Shown here in pieces: positions 50,008-64,000 of a stretch of 64,000 nt of DNA; the first letter of the stretch is position 1; every line of letters begins with the position of its first letter. The stretch is taken from contig NMRA01000554.1 of the NCBI GenBank assembly GCA_002633005.1, positions 62,001 to 126,000 of the forward strand, read 5' to 3'. The stretch is from Phoronis australis. Lineage: Eukaryota > Animalia > Phoronida. Below the pieces are notes generated by a model that worked only from the letters and a program-made list of their open reading frames with translations, did no database searches and was not told the origin of the DNA. Both the position numbers and the translations under genes were made by a program.

Positions 50008-52673
50008 GTAAGTTAACATGAAAGATGGTAGCCAGCCAGCTAGCTGACTCAAGACTATCGTCAATATACAACTTGAAATTTTACACTGCCTGGGGTAGTT
50101 TACCTCCTTTTTTACTCTGGGTGCATTCCTTTTTTCCTCGCCCGCCAGAAGCGAACAGTGCCAGAAAAATGGCCAGTTGCCGATTTGGGCAACTCAGCGG
50201 AATCAGTATTTAACAATATTTTTTGAATTATAATCAATATGTGCCAGTGCTGATGTTCACCCTATTTGGTGTGTATCACTGGGAAAGAGATAGAGTACGT
50301 AATGGGAGCTATGGAGTGAATAGAATCATTGACTTGCATTTGACTATGTGATAGGAAAGACATATATTTTCCACTTATTTTGCATAAAAATTGTCATTTT
50401 TTTCGTTTTTCCAAAGCTGATTACTTAACTGTGAGTAATGGATTTTACGTCGGGTGCACTGTGCAAACCACGTTAGTGATAGACTAAAATTTTATTAATC
50501 TTTATTTTTTGGAGAAACTTGACGTAATAGAATTTCACTTTGTTGGCCATATAAGTGACGAATTACTGTTAGTTTTCTGGTCCTATTTCTATACTCATCC
50601 CGTAAAAGTGAGCTACTGTTGACATAGCACCCTAACCTAAACACTGCAATTTCAGTAGAAGGCATGTTAATTGCAGACATTTGTGGGCGGTTATGGATAA
50701 TTACTTGAATGACTTCCTGAATAATCGTAACTACTTGTTTGACGGTTACATCAGTTGTTTTTTAGCGTTTTCTCTTTTGCCATAATTCGAGGTGATGGCT
50801 GGGCTGATTAAAAGAACATTAGTTGTTATCAATTGCAAAGACGGAATTCGTTAAGCAATACTATAAATGGTTATGCAATGGATCACTTGTGTTTTAATGC
50901 TAGTGGTAGAATGTATGCCCATGCTTGTATTTCTATACTCTTGAAAAAATTCAATTTCTAAAAACTGTAACAAGAAATGCACCAAACTGGTTGTGAAATT
51001 AAGATACACTTAAACTCTCATTTTGGATTTTTTCAGTGTGGAATACAGTGCAGTAAAATATTAAATCACATTCATGAGAAATATCAGGAGCCACAAAATT
51101 CAACAGAGGAGAAAAAGTTAACTAGTGCATTATTTAAATTTGTATAGCACCAATTGAACTAGTGAAGTTTTTTAAACATTAAAAACACATTACTGAAAAT
51201 ACAAACCATACCTACCACAAATGTGCCTAATAGTCACACATTGTAGGAGCAGCAGGTATCTTAGAAATCAGCACATAATTGGATTTCATTGAGTTCTTCA
51301 ATTTCGTCATCGCTGAGTTGTTGACTAATTGAGAACATCAATACTTGCTCAAAATTCCCCCAGGCTAAAACAGTTTTTGATTCTCCCATGTCAAATGTCT
51401 GCGTTGATTGGTAGCACTTTGCCCAGTTATGCCACAATTGTACTAACCTGCTCCATAAATTATTGGAACAAGTACCGCATTCATTACAAATTAACATTCA
51501 ACTGAACTTTAAAGCACTAGATGACATCCGAGTGTATCTACACGTGCATGACATTAGGAATCTCAAATCAGTAAAAAATAAATTAAAAAGGCATTTTGGG
51601 ACAATTTGATGTATTCATTGCCCCCCAAGCACCTGTCATTTCTGTCACAAAAACAAAGTTTTGTTTCAGTAATACATAGCTATGCTTTATTGCTATCAAA
51701 AACACAAAAGCCACCAGCCAGTCGCTTAACAACATAAATATGTCTCTATGTTTCGTATTGTAATTGCACAGGATTTCCAGCTCTTAACAGAGCATTCTGG
51801 GCTAACTCTTCCTTTTAGATGTCACTTCATAGCGATGGGATGAGATCTTTCAATTCATTTTGGTGGTAGAAACCAGTTGCTATCACGGAAAGGAAAATTC
51901 GAGACCGGATGGTTGGAACACCCATTTCATAATTTCCGTGTTTATGTAGACCCTTTTTGGGAAGAAAATTTCCTTTTAAACAGTGAGCATACTGATCACA
52001 TTTTGGGCTCCAAATCTTTTTGAATCGGTTTCCCTGTTCCTGCTCCGGGCAGTTGGCTGATGACTTCTATGTGGAGGTTTGTTACAATTAAAAGTTGACA
52101 ATGGAGCCAAACCTTCTAACAAATCTACTGACAACCAAGTGCTTTATTGGATCTGGTTTCTTTCTCGCTGTCTGCTATAGTGCAGTGTGAGAGATAGTGC
52201 GATCTAAAATTGGTTGTGCCGTGTTTATGTCATTAATTTAGTGAGGCATCTTGGTGTTTTTGTAACATTTTTTGTTTTGTATGCTGAACATAATTGTCAG
52301 CTTATGGAAGGTACGAACAGTTAAGACGTATTTAATCTATTTAACATAGCCATGCACATCACAAATCCTGCACACCTAGGTTCAGTTAGCATTTTAATTG
52401 AAAATGCATTAACTTTGGAATTTTGCACAGAGCTGGAGATGGAATGAGGCAGTAACTTTTAACAGCTTCAAGTTAATTTACTTGACAGTTGCATAATGTC
52501 AGTTATTGGGGCCATAACAGCAATGGTCAACCCAAGTGTTGTCGGATGTGGTAGTTCATTGGAGACCATTGCCATCTGTCATCAAGCTTGGGGACTGAGA
52601 GTGATCAAGTTCCCTTAATGACTGGGAAGCTACTTTACAGGAAATTGGAATCCTGCGCCAGAATGCCAATGTG

Positions 52674-52769
52674 TTTCTAATGACAAAGTTCCCTTGGAGT
52701 GACTGACTGGGACATGGGGTATTTCTAATGACAATGTTCCTTTGGAGTGACTGACTGAGACATGGGTTA
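52674..52769 (+). repeat. 48-bp tandem duplication (2 imperfect copies)
   Basis: TTTCTAATGACAA.GTTCC.TTGGAGTGACTGACTG.GACATGGG.TA occurs twice, starting at 52674 and 52722. Confidence 0.85.
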
Positions 52770-55252
52770 TCACAAGTAGCGTTTGTGTAGGTTGAAAATT
52801 TCCCGGAGAGCTGGTTTCCAGAAAAAATACCTTTTTTGTTGGAATGATAGCTTTATCCAATCAAAACTATCCATTTCTCAACTACAAAAACTAAATCTTT
52901 AAACACTGATCCCTTCAACCATTTTACGCTTAATGGGTTTTGACTAGCTACAAAAACAGCCTCTTGACTTATTGTTTAAAATGAAGCAGATGCACATCCG
53001 ACAGGAATCATTTTGTTACAAAAAAGTTTTAAAGTTAAAAGACAAATTATTCAATTTATACAAGGTGTCACATAATTCCTTCTTAAGGTTTAACTTCAGT
53101 TAATAATGAAAGTAAGAAGGGACCCCAACTGTGACACTGTGTGTTCTTGGACTGTTTTTTGTAGTTGTCTGCAGTTTTCTTCATTTGGCTTACAATTTCA
53201 ACAGCTCTGTTTGCCATTGATGAGGGTCGGCCTGCAGACAGGGCTCAGAGCCTGTTTCAGTGACACAAGCTCTGAGTCAATCAAATCAGTAGAAAGTAAT
53301 TTTGCAGTTGTGCGATTTGAAAAAATGGGCAACTGTCTCGGCTCATCAAGTTGTGTTTAGTCGGTTTTCTTATAATTTTAATCAGTCAAGTGTTTTTGAA
53401 GGTGCACTTCACTTTCTGAGTATAATGTTTATTGACTTTTCTGTAGCCAGGGTTCCTGCTCCAATTCTGTGTTTGTCTTTTCAAGAAGTTAGCGGTACTT
53501 TCCAATTTCAAATTTTTGCTTGTGATGAACTTTCTACTCATCAAAAGGTGTGTGAAGGTGTCTTAATTCCTTGATTTCTGTAATCCAGTAAGAACACGTA
53601 GTGGCTCTAGGGAACTTTCACTGATCAAATATCTTCTTTGAGTGGGGATTGAAAACTAATGTGCAAATTTTTGAAGTTAACAATTGCTTTTGGCCTTTTT
53701 CAAAAAAAAATCATTTCATGGAGGTAGAGCAACAGGAGTTAATTTCGTTTTTTGAAGTTTGTGAACATAATTAACAAACAGACAAGTGGGTTTTTGTTTT
53801 GTCAAATTCTCACGAACAAAACCCATGGTTAGTTTTATGTTGCAAGGCAGTGAGTCTTTTAAAAAGAAAAACAATTTGGCTAAAGCTGATGCTCATGTTT
53901 GGAACTGAAAATGTACTCCCAACAATTCTCAGATGGGCAAACCAAGATCACTCCAAATAAGTGACCAAAGTCAACAATCCTACAGTTCAGTGTAATCAGA
54001 AACTCCCACAAAAAAGAGAGAACTCTCGCCAAGCATTAGGTACCATTCTCCTGAAGTGTAAAAATCAAGAAATTTCCACTATCATGATCTAATCTAGAAT
54101 TACACTCGATTAAACATATGAAGCACGCCTTTTAGTTGGTACACAATACTGTGGTTAAGTTGGTCAGAGCTTACAGTAAAACAAAGAAGTCAACAGGTGA
54201 AAATTAAGTCTAATTTCTCTGGAAGTCAACCGTTGTTCTCCATTCGAAGTTTTTTTGTGAAAGTATTTCATACATAACATCTGGTTCATGACATTGTTGA
54301 TAGTCGGTTGCAAATAGTATTTTTGAATATGGGTTTAGCGTCAGGCGAGCTGTTTACAACATAATTGCTGGATTAGGTGAGCATCATATGAAAGCAGAGA
54401 ATACTGGACTTTGTAAACATTAGTTTGTCACTGTCAAACTGATAAGGACAAGGCTGTATCCGGACTGGTGACCGGTCTGTGCGGATACTTATTCCACAGT
54501 GCGGGTGCCTAACGAATACATTCAACATTTGAAACGACCAATAATCAACTTGTAATAACATCTGTAAGTCTTTGTCAATTTTGACATCTTGGACACCTCT
54601 ACTCGAATGTGTATTTTGCTACATATTCAATTTCACTGTAAATTTTCTTTGAAAATCTGTGTATAAGGAAACAGTGACGTCTCTTTTCCATTATAGAAAC
54701 TCTGGTCTATCGAACTCCATCGCTATTCCCCTTACCTTTCACACTAACTCATTGCTGGTAGTGACATCAAAGTTATGGCGACGGGGGAGTTATTACAGCA
54801 TGAGGCAACTCCTATGTTAACATTTTGGGTTTTGTTACACCAGCTGCTGGCGAGCTTAAGCCAGACTGTGACTAACTCATCCTTAAATTGATTAAAAATC
54901 AATGCGCTTGGCTTAGCCACACTGCTGATGAAAACCTATTCACCAATTTTTCTTATTCGTCGATTTTAAAAATTCAAAGATGGCTCATATTTACTTTTCC
55001 GAGTCAACTTGGTCATTTGCTTTAGTTATTGTTTGTTTTTTGATTTTGAAACTTGTATGCCAAACAGGCCTGTTGGTTTATGACCATTATTGTCTCATCC
55101 AACACACATTTGGTCTACTAGCCCATGACTAGTGACTATCTCACTTCAATCTGTGGCAGTGCCATAAAGCCTTTGATGTGCCGAGGAATTCCCTGGATGC
55201 TCTGGGATGAGCAATGCAACATGCCTTCTCGTCCACTTGCATGCAAATCCTG

Positions 55253-55647
55253 CCTGTCTAAACACAGCCTTCCCTAGAACAACTTGCACTTAAGTGCAAC
55301 TTAACCCACTTTTAAAGTGGAGCATCCACACACACATATCCGATAACTACGGTAAGACGGAAGTTGTCGCTCTGTGCATAACAATGAACACTTAAATTCG
55401 AATACGGCGCATGAAAAACAAAACTCCGCAGCTGATAATTATTCCACCTTGCCGCAGGTTGTGGCCACTCAGGAATTAGAAGTGGCACAAGTTAAACCTA
55501 GAACAAGTTACCCCCCCCCTCGATAAGTTGGTGTAAGTTGTTCCAAGTGGGGTAAGTTGTACTAGTTTGAATGGCATCCACTCAGCCGCCAGTAGCAACA
55601 ACTTGTTCCGAGAGACTTGTTTTAGGGCAAGTCTGTGTGTGAATGGC
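55253..55647. mobile_element. Degenerate PIF/Harbinger-like MITE
   Basis: The right end TTTTAGGGCAAGTCTGTGTGTGAATGGC mirrors the left AAACACAGCCTTCCCTAGAACAAC. CAACTT/AAGTTG motifs recur internally. A related TTCCCTAGAACAACTTGC occurs at about 12894. Confidence 0.45.
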
Positions 55648-56391
55648 TTGCTGCCTAATGGAATTGGTGGGAAATCTACAAGAACCTTTGGGCTAATTTG
55701 TGGAGATCACATTACACCCAGTTACACAAGATCTTTGTGAAGCACATGACTGAGTAGAGCAAGTTCTTTGAAGTTCGGTTATGTAATAGATCAGCTAACC
55801 CCCACTGTTTCTTAAAAAATGTCCTGTTGGGTGTCATCAAAAAATTCTTGCAATGTAATTATATCTGGACACTGACAGGTTAGAAATGGGAGAACAGGGT
55901 TGTGTTGGTCTGTTTCACGAGTCAGTGTATTCCACAGGGTGTTTATAAATTCTTTGGTTACTCAAGCTTTGTTGATGAAGTTTTTTCCCAGCTTGTTTGC
56001 AGCAGTTGGCCTCAGTTCAGATTTTGAAGTCTAAACATTTTTGGTTCCAAATGACAGCAGCTAACTGTGTTTCAAAAAACTTAAAATTTATTACAGCTAG
56101 ACAAGTTAAATATCAATCAAGACTGTCAATTTGACTCAGTGGACAGAAGAAAATTGGTATGCTGCAAAAACTTATCTTGAGCAAGAACTTATGAGTAGTG
56201 ATCAGTGTCAACGTGATTAGATTAACGATGGTAAATTTGTGTCATGTTCTGTGACATGCATGGGAATTTAGTTTGACAGAAAAATTGAACATTTACAAAC
56301 TGACAGATAATTAGTGTTTCATTACGGGCTGTCCACTTTTACACTGGAGTCTTGTTTTCAAGTGGGGAGCTTTTACTCTTTACTTTAAACC

Positions 56392-56449
56392 CATGGGTGT
56401 CTGATTATCATTCATAGACATGGGTGTCTGATTATCATTCATAGACATG
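56392..56449 (+). repeat. 27-bp perfect tandem duplication
   Basis: CATGGGTGTCTGATTATCATTCATAGA twice, plus CATG. Confidence 0.9.
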
Positions 56450-56524
56450 CCCTAACATTATGTAACTGGCATTTTCACTTGCTTTAGCATGCCCCACACT
56501 CAGTTGTTTCCACCAAAGTCCCAT

Positions 56525-56675
56525 TCTCGCGTGAAATTTAGTGGAAGTATTCCGTTACTTTTTCCGCTAAAAGTTTACTTTTAAATGAAATTTTTTTATT
56601 GGGACAGGATTTACCCGTTATCCTGAATTTTACCAAATTTGCCTGGACTAATACCACGGTCTGTTTACTCAGTTA
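56525..56675 (+). repeat. Dispersed repeat, second copy at about 63405-63555
   Basis: Shared collinear blocks GTGAAATTTAGTG, CCGTTACTTTTTCC.CTAAAA, CTGAATTT..CAAATTTG and ACTAATACCA. Confidence 0.7.
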
Positions 56676-56938
56676 AGCTTAGCATAAGCCCCATTTAGGA
56701 GAGGCGCTCTTGACATGGAGCAGCCAACACTAAATAGCTGATTGGGCGCAAATAAATAAACACTGCATCGGCCAATTTGCCGAGGATTTTGTAGATAACG
56801 CTATGAAAGTTGCTCTGGTGTCAACTACAAGCTGGGGCAAGGTGGAACTTAGGGATCCCCTGTTTGGTCATTCGCCATCATTAAACGTTTGTACACTGTC
56901 TTGTATAATTGACTTCTATGCCGTCTTCAGTTAGCAAT

Positions 56939-59900
56939 AATGTCATGTGCGAAGTAACTTATGCTGTGACAACTTGGCATTTGTTTTTCTTTAAAAAACA
57001 TCTACAAATGTCAATGTTTGCTAGTGCCGGGAAGCAACAAAATTACCGATATTCCAGCAGTCAGCAGGAATCTTTGGGGACATCATTGATTGTGAAATTC
57101 TCATAAATTTTTTTCCTGAAATATTTCTGAGATTTCAAAATACTTGGGAACACAGCTTAAAGCAATTGAGAACACAAAGGATATGGCAATCAACAGTCTA
57201 GAGGCGCTGGTAAGATAGAGGTTATAGTTAAACCTTGATATAGCAGAGTATCATGCGTGGAATGTCTCCTTGAAAAATGTGTGATGCTTCATAAAGACTG
57301 CTGGAATGATTTTCATCAAAAGCTAGGATTTATGTACACTGCTGTCAAGCTTACGGGTGCCCATTTGTGCTCAATTATGAATTTCAACAATAGTGCATAA
57401 ATCGCATAAATCGTGACATTTTATTGTTGTGTTGATGGCAATACAGCCCAAGGCCTGCTATCACTTACCAATCAATCAGCATTTGTTACTTTCATATTCA
57501 ATTGTCTTTTACAGCCAACTGCAAGTCTCAAAGAAAGAAATGGTCTGTTGAAATAATGTTTTGTAAACTCATAGAGTTAATCTGTGAGAAAGTGTCCCAC
57601 GTTAACCAAAAGACTTATTATCCAATCATAACCTCACATCCATCAGCCTTGATTAGTCTACAACAAATCACATCTCCACATCACAATACACATGCCTTTG
57701 CTGTGTGGGTAGCAGAGTCCTTCTCAATCTATAATTAGACCTATTTATCACTTCTTATCTTCCTGTCTCATTTAGTCCTATTTTTTGTCATCAAATAAAC
57801 CCCAGACATTCTTATGTCACTGCTGTTTGCCTAGGGCACAGTGACATTGACAGATACCTGTTTGGATTCACCAGCTTGGTACAAAATGTTGCAAGCCATA
57901 ATAAATGTTATATTGATGTGTTTAACTTCGGTAACATCACACACTCTTGTTCAGAACCCTCATTCCCTCCAGGAAGAGAGCGTTTGGTGTAGACCACTTA
58001 GAACTTTAAAATTGGTCTCTACCTATTCTTTTTACTCAGGTGAGAAGTGATTCTGGGTTTGCAAAGAACCGGTTGTCACAATTCCATGAGATCGTGCTCG
58101 GTGCATAAAAAATAGCTGGCCGTGATGGACAAGCCAACTTGTAGCACTTGGTCTAAAGCAATTCGGACCTTTCAGTTCTTCCTAAGTCCTTACATTGCCT
58201 ACAATTTTGCTAAAGGACAATTTGAGACCAATTTCATAATAGCTTGTAAATGACATAAATCAAAAGTTGGTTTTTGTGATGGATGGCAGGTTTATGGCCA
58301 ATTGTGGTAATTGAAAAGTTTGCAATATCTAAGCGTGAAACATTAATAGTCTTAAATTTTCATATAATAATAATCACCTTTTCCGTCTGCTGTTGTGTGT
58401 GTGTGTGTTTTTATTGGTCGCTCACACTGAGGCCCCTTTGTGATCATATGGCATGAGTCTGCTGAGGAGGAGGTTAAAGACGAAAAAGTCTAGACTAACT
58501 GGATTACTTGGTGGTGTTTTATGTAATTTTTCAAATTACTCTTGTTCAATATCTGACTCTGTACTTTACAGATATTCGTAAAGCAAGAAAAGTTTGAATA
58601 AATAGCCACTAAAATGCTTAAAAGGGGCGGATGGGCATGGTAGAGGTATTAACATTGTACATTGTCTAGATGAATGTTGTAGTATCAAAAATGTTGCCAC
58701 AAATATATAAGGGCCACAAATATATAAGGTATAGCTGCTGGTGACATTGCACTTCATGTGTGTCCAATCACTGCTGACATCGACACGTGATAAATTTCAA
58801 CAATATCCTTGCCCCCTACAATGATAGGATGAATATGTATATAATACACACATACACTCACATCAAAGGTTTTCTCTGCATAGAATTTGAAAAAACGCCA
58901 TTCTGTTTTTTTTTGAAGAGGAGGTATTGTTATTTTTTTCCTGAAATTTATAACCAGTTCCAGGTTGTTGCAGATACCTGACACTTCATACACTGGAACA
59001 ATAACCAACATTGTTCTCTGAGTTCAAGGAAAAGATTGTCAGCTTGACTGGCTTAGGTTGTGCGATAGTTGGAGATAACATTGTGTTTGTCATTATGTAG
59101 GAGTGCTTATTTTATTATCAATGATATTATATTGTAATCTGACTCCAGTCTCTGACACTGGATATACTCACAAGTTANAATGTCATGTGCGAAGTAACTT
59201 ATGCTGTGACAACTTGGCATTTGTTTTTCTTGAAAAAACATCTACAAATGTCAATGTTTGCTAGTGCCCGGAAGCAACAAAATTACCGATATTCCAGCAG
59301 GAATCTTTGGGGACATCATTGTTGAAATTCTCACAAAATTTTTTTCCTGAAATATTTCTGAGATTTCAAAATACTTGGGAACGCAGCTTAAAGCAATTGA
59401 GAACACAAAGGATATGGCAATCAACAGTCTAGAGGCGCTGGTAAGATAGAGGTTATAGTTAAACCTTGATATAGCAGAGTATCATGCGTGGAATGTCTCC
59501 TTGAAAAATGTGTGATGCTTCATAAAGTGCTGGAATAATTTTCATCAAAAGCTGGGATTTATGTACACTGCTGTCAAGCTTACCTGCGGGTGCCCATTTG
59601 TGCTCAATTGTGAATTTCAACAATAGTGCATAAATCGCATAAATTGTGACATTTTATTGTTGTGTTGATGGCAATACAGCCCAAGGCCTGCTATCACTTA
59701 CCAATCAATCAGCATTTGTTACTTTCATATTCAATTGTCTATAACAGCCAACTGCAAGTCTCAAAGAAAGAAATGGTCTGTTGAAATAACGTTTTGTAAA
59801 CTCATAGAGTTAATCTGTGAGAAAGTGTCCCAGGTTAACCAAAAGACTTATTATCCAATCATAACCTCACATCCATCAGCCTTGATTAGTCTACAACAAA

Positions 59901-61430
59901 TCACATCTCCTCATCACAATACACATGCCTTTGCTGTGTGGGTAACAGAATCCTTCTCAATCTATAATTAGACCTATTTATCACTTCTTATCTTCCTGTC
60001 TCATTTAGTCCTATTTTTGTCATCAAATAAACCCCAGACATTCTTATGTCACTGCTGTTTGCCTAGGGCACAGTGACATTGACAGATACCTGTTTGGATT
60101 CACCAGCTTGGTGCAAAATGTTGCAAGCCATAATAAATGTTATATTGATGTGTTTAACTTCGGTAACATCACACACTCTTGTTCAGAACCCTCATTCCCT
60201 CCAGGAAGAGAGCGTTTGGTGTAGACCACTTAGCACTTTAAAATTGGTCTCTACCTATTCTTTTTACTCAGGTGAGAAGTGATTCTGGGTTTGCAAAGAA
60301 CCGGTTGTCACGATTCCATGAGATCGTGCTCGGTGCATAAAAAATAGCTGGCCGTGATGGACAAGCCAACTTGTAGCACTTGGTCTGAAGCAATTCGGAC
60401 CTTTCAGTTCCTTCTAAGTCCTTACATTGCCTACAATTTTGCTAAAGGACAATTTGAGACCAATTTCATAATAGCTTGTAAATGACATAAATCAAAAGTT
60501 GGTTTTTGTGATGGATGGCAGGTTTATGGCCAATTGTGGTAATTGAAAAGTTTGCAATATCTAAGCGTGAAACATTAATAGTCTTAAATTTTCATATAAT
60601 AATAATCACCTTTTCCGTCTGCTGTTGTGTGTGTGTGTGTTTTTATTGGTCGCTCACACTGGGGCCCCTTTGTGATCATATGGCATGAGTCTGCTGAGGA
60701 GGAGGTTAAAGACGAAAAAGTCTAGACTAACTGCATTACTTGGTGGTGTTTTATGTAATTTTTCAAATTACTCTTGTTCAATATCTGACTATGTACTTTA
60801 CAGATATTCATAAAGCAAGAAAAGTTTGAATAAATAGCCACTAAAATGCTTAAAAGGGGCGGAAGGGCATGGTAGAGGTATTAACACTGCTGCTTGTGTA
60901 ACCAGCATTGTACATTGTCTAGATGAATGTGGTAGTATCAAAAATGTTGCCACAAATATATAAGGGCCACAAATATATAAGATATAGTTGCTGGTGACAT
61001 TGCACTTCATGTGTGTCCAATCACTGCTGACATCGACACGTGATAAATTTCAACAATATCCTTGCCCCCTACAATGATAGGATGAATATGTATATAATAC
61101 ACACATACACTCACATCAAAGGTTTTCTCTGCATAGAATTTGAAAAAACGCCATTCTGTTTTTTTTTGAAGAGGAGGTATTGTTATTTTTTTCCTGAAAT
61201 TTATAACCAGTTCCAGGTTGTTGCAGATACCTGACACTTCATACACTGGAACAATAACCAACATTGTTCTCTGAGTTCAAGGAAAAGATTGTCAGCTTGA
61301 CTGGCTTAGGTTGTGCGATAGTTGGAGATAACATTGTGTTTGTCATTATGTAGGAGTGCTTATTTTATTATCAATGATATTATATTGTAATCTGACTCCA
61401 GTCTCTGACACTGGATATACTCACAAGTTA
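56939..61430 (+). repeat. About 2.25-kb direct tandem duplication (56939-59177 and 59179-61430) joined by a single N
   Basis: Both copies start AATGTCATGTGCGAAG and end CTCACAAGTTA. They differ by scattered SNPs and small indels, for example a 21-bp insertion near 60887-60907. Duplicated ORFs are visible in the ORF track. Confidence 0.95.
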
Positions 61431-64000
61431 ATCACTTTCATAGGGATGGCCAGTGAACACTGAACTGAGAGCTATGTACGGTACCTCGAATACAAATGAG
61501 CTCGGCTCATAGTTCACATCTGCGGCAAAAGTGAACCGTGGGGAATTTGCTTGGCGAAGTGTCGGGCGGTGTGGCGAATGTCTCACTTATTTGATTCTTA
61601 TTTCCGTAAATCCTCATAGTTACTGTATTGGTAAATAGAGGAAAGGATCTTGTCTCATAATTTGTTACAGTTTTAAGGTGGGACGTAATTTACGGAAAGT
61701 CATTTTGGGATAGTAGATTTTTAAATTTTGGAAATTCAATGTTGTGATAAGAATGACCAGTATAACGGCTCATATATCTGGACACCCCCTTGAAAAGTTC
61801 TGGCAAACCTCTTCAGAAATTGCATATCCTTCATGAGCTGTGAACTGGTAGCCACCACGGAGAGACATGGCGTGGTGCAGATTCCTTTTTTGGACTGATG
61901 GCAAACATTGCAGTAATTAAAGAGTGCATCCATCTGTTGTTTTCTGGATGCAGTGTGGCTAATGCCTTTTGTGTTGCTATCTTGTGGGAAAGCACTTGAT
62001 ATTTTTTTAATGTTCCCTTTTTGAGATGTCTGTAGTGGATGTTATCTTTTTGAATTGGAATGTTCTTTTTTCATCTCAAGACCTGAAAGATACCCTCTCT
62101 CTCACACTGTTGTGTTTCAATTAATTCAACTTCAATGTTTTTCTGGTGTTTCTGTTAAATAAATCCCCTTTCCACCGTTTTTGTTGGCCTTTGTTTACTT
62201 GTTGGCAACAAGGAACCAATAGTAGTTGATGTACTAAGCGCTCTTTTCATTATCTTTACACTGTTATAGTAGACCTAATGAGGTGCCACTTTTGCACCTT
62301 CATTTTGATGATTGCCTCTTACCAGGTATATTACTGTAGTGACTCATTTCTAGAATTTCAATGTCGCTACCTTCTGCTGTTTGTTTTTGGCTGATATTTC
62401 TTCTTTGTGTATTTTTCCTCAAGTCTCAGTTTGGCTGATACTAGGCTTTTTTGCATTTCCCCAAGTTTTTGCCTTCTCTGTTCTTGGTTTTAGGGTTTGG
62501 ATATTTTTTGTATTTTTTTGTTTTGTTCTCTTTGACTTTTCTGTCTGTTATTCAATCCTTTTGTAAGCCTCATGCTCACTCATTTTGCTCGGATGTGTGA
62601 GTTAACGTGAACAAACTAAAGTTTTGGAGAGTGCAACAGAGACCAGAACTAACAATGAACTGTACTGTAACAAGCAGAAAACGTGTCACTCGTCAAAACG
62701 TTTCCCCACTATTTGGATTTCATACTGGTATTAATTTAATCTGTTAAACATTATGAGCATTAACAAGTCCAAAAGCCTCAACAAAATAATGACAAGGTTA
62801 AAATGTGAGATGTTCTACTAGGTAATAGATTGTAAACGTTTTTCCCTAGTTTCAAGCATTTCATCATCCAAATGATATGTCTACTGTTTTATTCTTGGTT
62901 CAATGTACTTTTAGGACAACAATTTCAATTTCATTCAAGAGAGTTCATTCAATTTTTTTGTGAAACCGGATGTTTCTGTAGTGTTCGATCTCTTTCTTCA
63001 ACGAGAGTACAAAAACCACTTTTACCCCTTTTATTCCAAATTTACAAATTTTGTGACTAAACATAAAAGTACTTCCATTTAACCAGTGCATGTAGACCGG
63101 CCTGAACAGCAATATTTGCGTGTTTATGTTTTTATGATAGTATCTGTAGAGCAGTGTTATTGTAACAAACATAAGCTAATCAAGTAGCATGATACTTTAT
63201 TCTATAAGGCTATGAAGTGTGTTGCACAGCATTCTGCCCAACAGGTAAGGGAAATAAAGAATATATCGGGATAATTGATAAACCTGACATGTTAGGGCTC
63301 ATTTTATTTGGGGGACGGACACCACAGTGTACCAGGACTGTACAACCAGTCATCATGTGGCCCATTTACTACCAAGGCATAGAAATTTACTATAGTGCCG
63401 TTCCTATGTGAAATTTAGTGCAAGTCAATCCCGTTACTTTTTCCACTAAAATTTTAATCAGATTTTTTGTATGTGGACACAGTTTACACCGTATTCTGAA
63501 TTTCACAAATTTGTCCAAACTAATACCAGGAAATTTTATATATTACTCAATGAAGAGTGGTATAGTACAAATGCCTGCCAATAGGAGCTACAAAAATACT
63601 GGTATTCTGGCAGCAGTCAGTATAAAACCTTGGGGACATGGCTTAAAAATCTCACATGGGGAGGGACACTACAGATTGTTTGTCTCGCGTGACCAAGTAA
63701 AGGATGTCTAATCATGGCGATCTTATACTTCTATTGACCACCTGTAGCTTGTTTTTCATGAACACACCTGTCAAGTATAATGATTTTTGTGATCAATGAA
63801 TCATGTTTTCTCAAAACCGTGGCACAGTGATGGTTTGGACATTTTGCTCAAGAAATAACACAATCTAGAAGCATATCATTATTGACTTTTAAATTACTAT
63901 ATTTCCAATGTAAAATTTTTCTGTATAGGTTTAAAACTGACAAAAAAATTACATGAAATTCTGTTCAATAACCGCCTGTGTTGGAATTGCTTGACATAGC

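Noticed and set aside
57502-61264. Paired short ORFs suggesting a duplicated gene cluster
   Set aside because: The peptides look non-coding and are duplicated only because the intronic DNA is duplicated.

Overview
Eukaryotic, AT-rich genomic DNA with spliceosomal introns, most likely from an invertebrate animal draft assembly (N gaps at 16356-16678, 34285-34467, 42314-42317 and 59178). Four host genes can be reconstructed by hand from GT-AG junctions with consistent reading phase. (1) A 7-exon, 257-aa coiled-coil protein I cannot assign to a family (3606-6521, +). (2) A PRR5/PRR5L (Protor, mTORC2 subunit) homologue with 8 coding exons, about 300 aa (9302-30812, +). (3) A single-coding-exon, type II membrane LicD/fukutin-family nucleotidyltransferase (34764-35474, -). 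(4) The first two exons of TMTC1 (39385-50007, +), which runs off the right edge. The PRR5 introns carry two internally deleted Kolobok DNA transposons, each with TTAA target-site duplications and convergent remnants of a THAP-transposase and a Cys-rich KolX/P2X7-ballast-like gene. One of them contains a young Penelope-like retroelement arranged as a 435-bp inverted repeat with a hammerhead ribozyme in each arm. Also present are an older Penelope relic, a LINE 3' end, a SINE relic, many MITEs and a 2.25-kb tandem duplication that is probably an assembly artefact. All family assignments come from motif recognition by eye; no database search was run.
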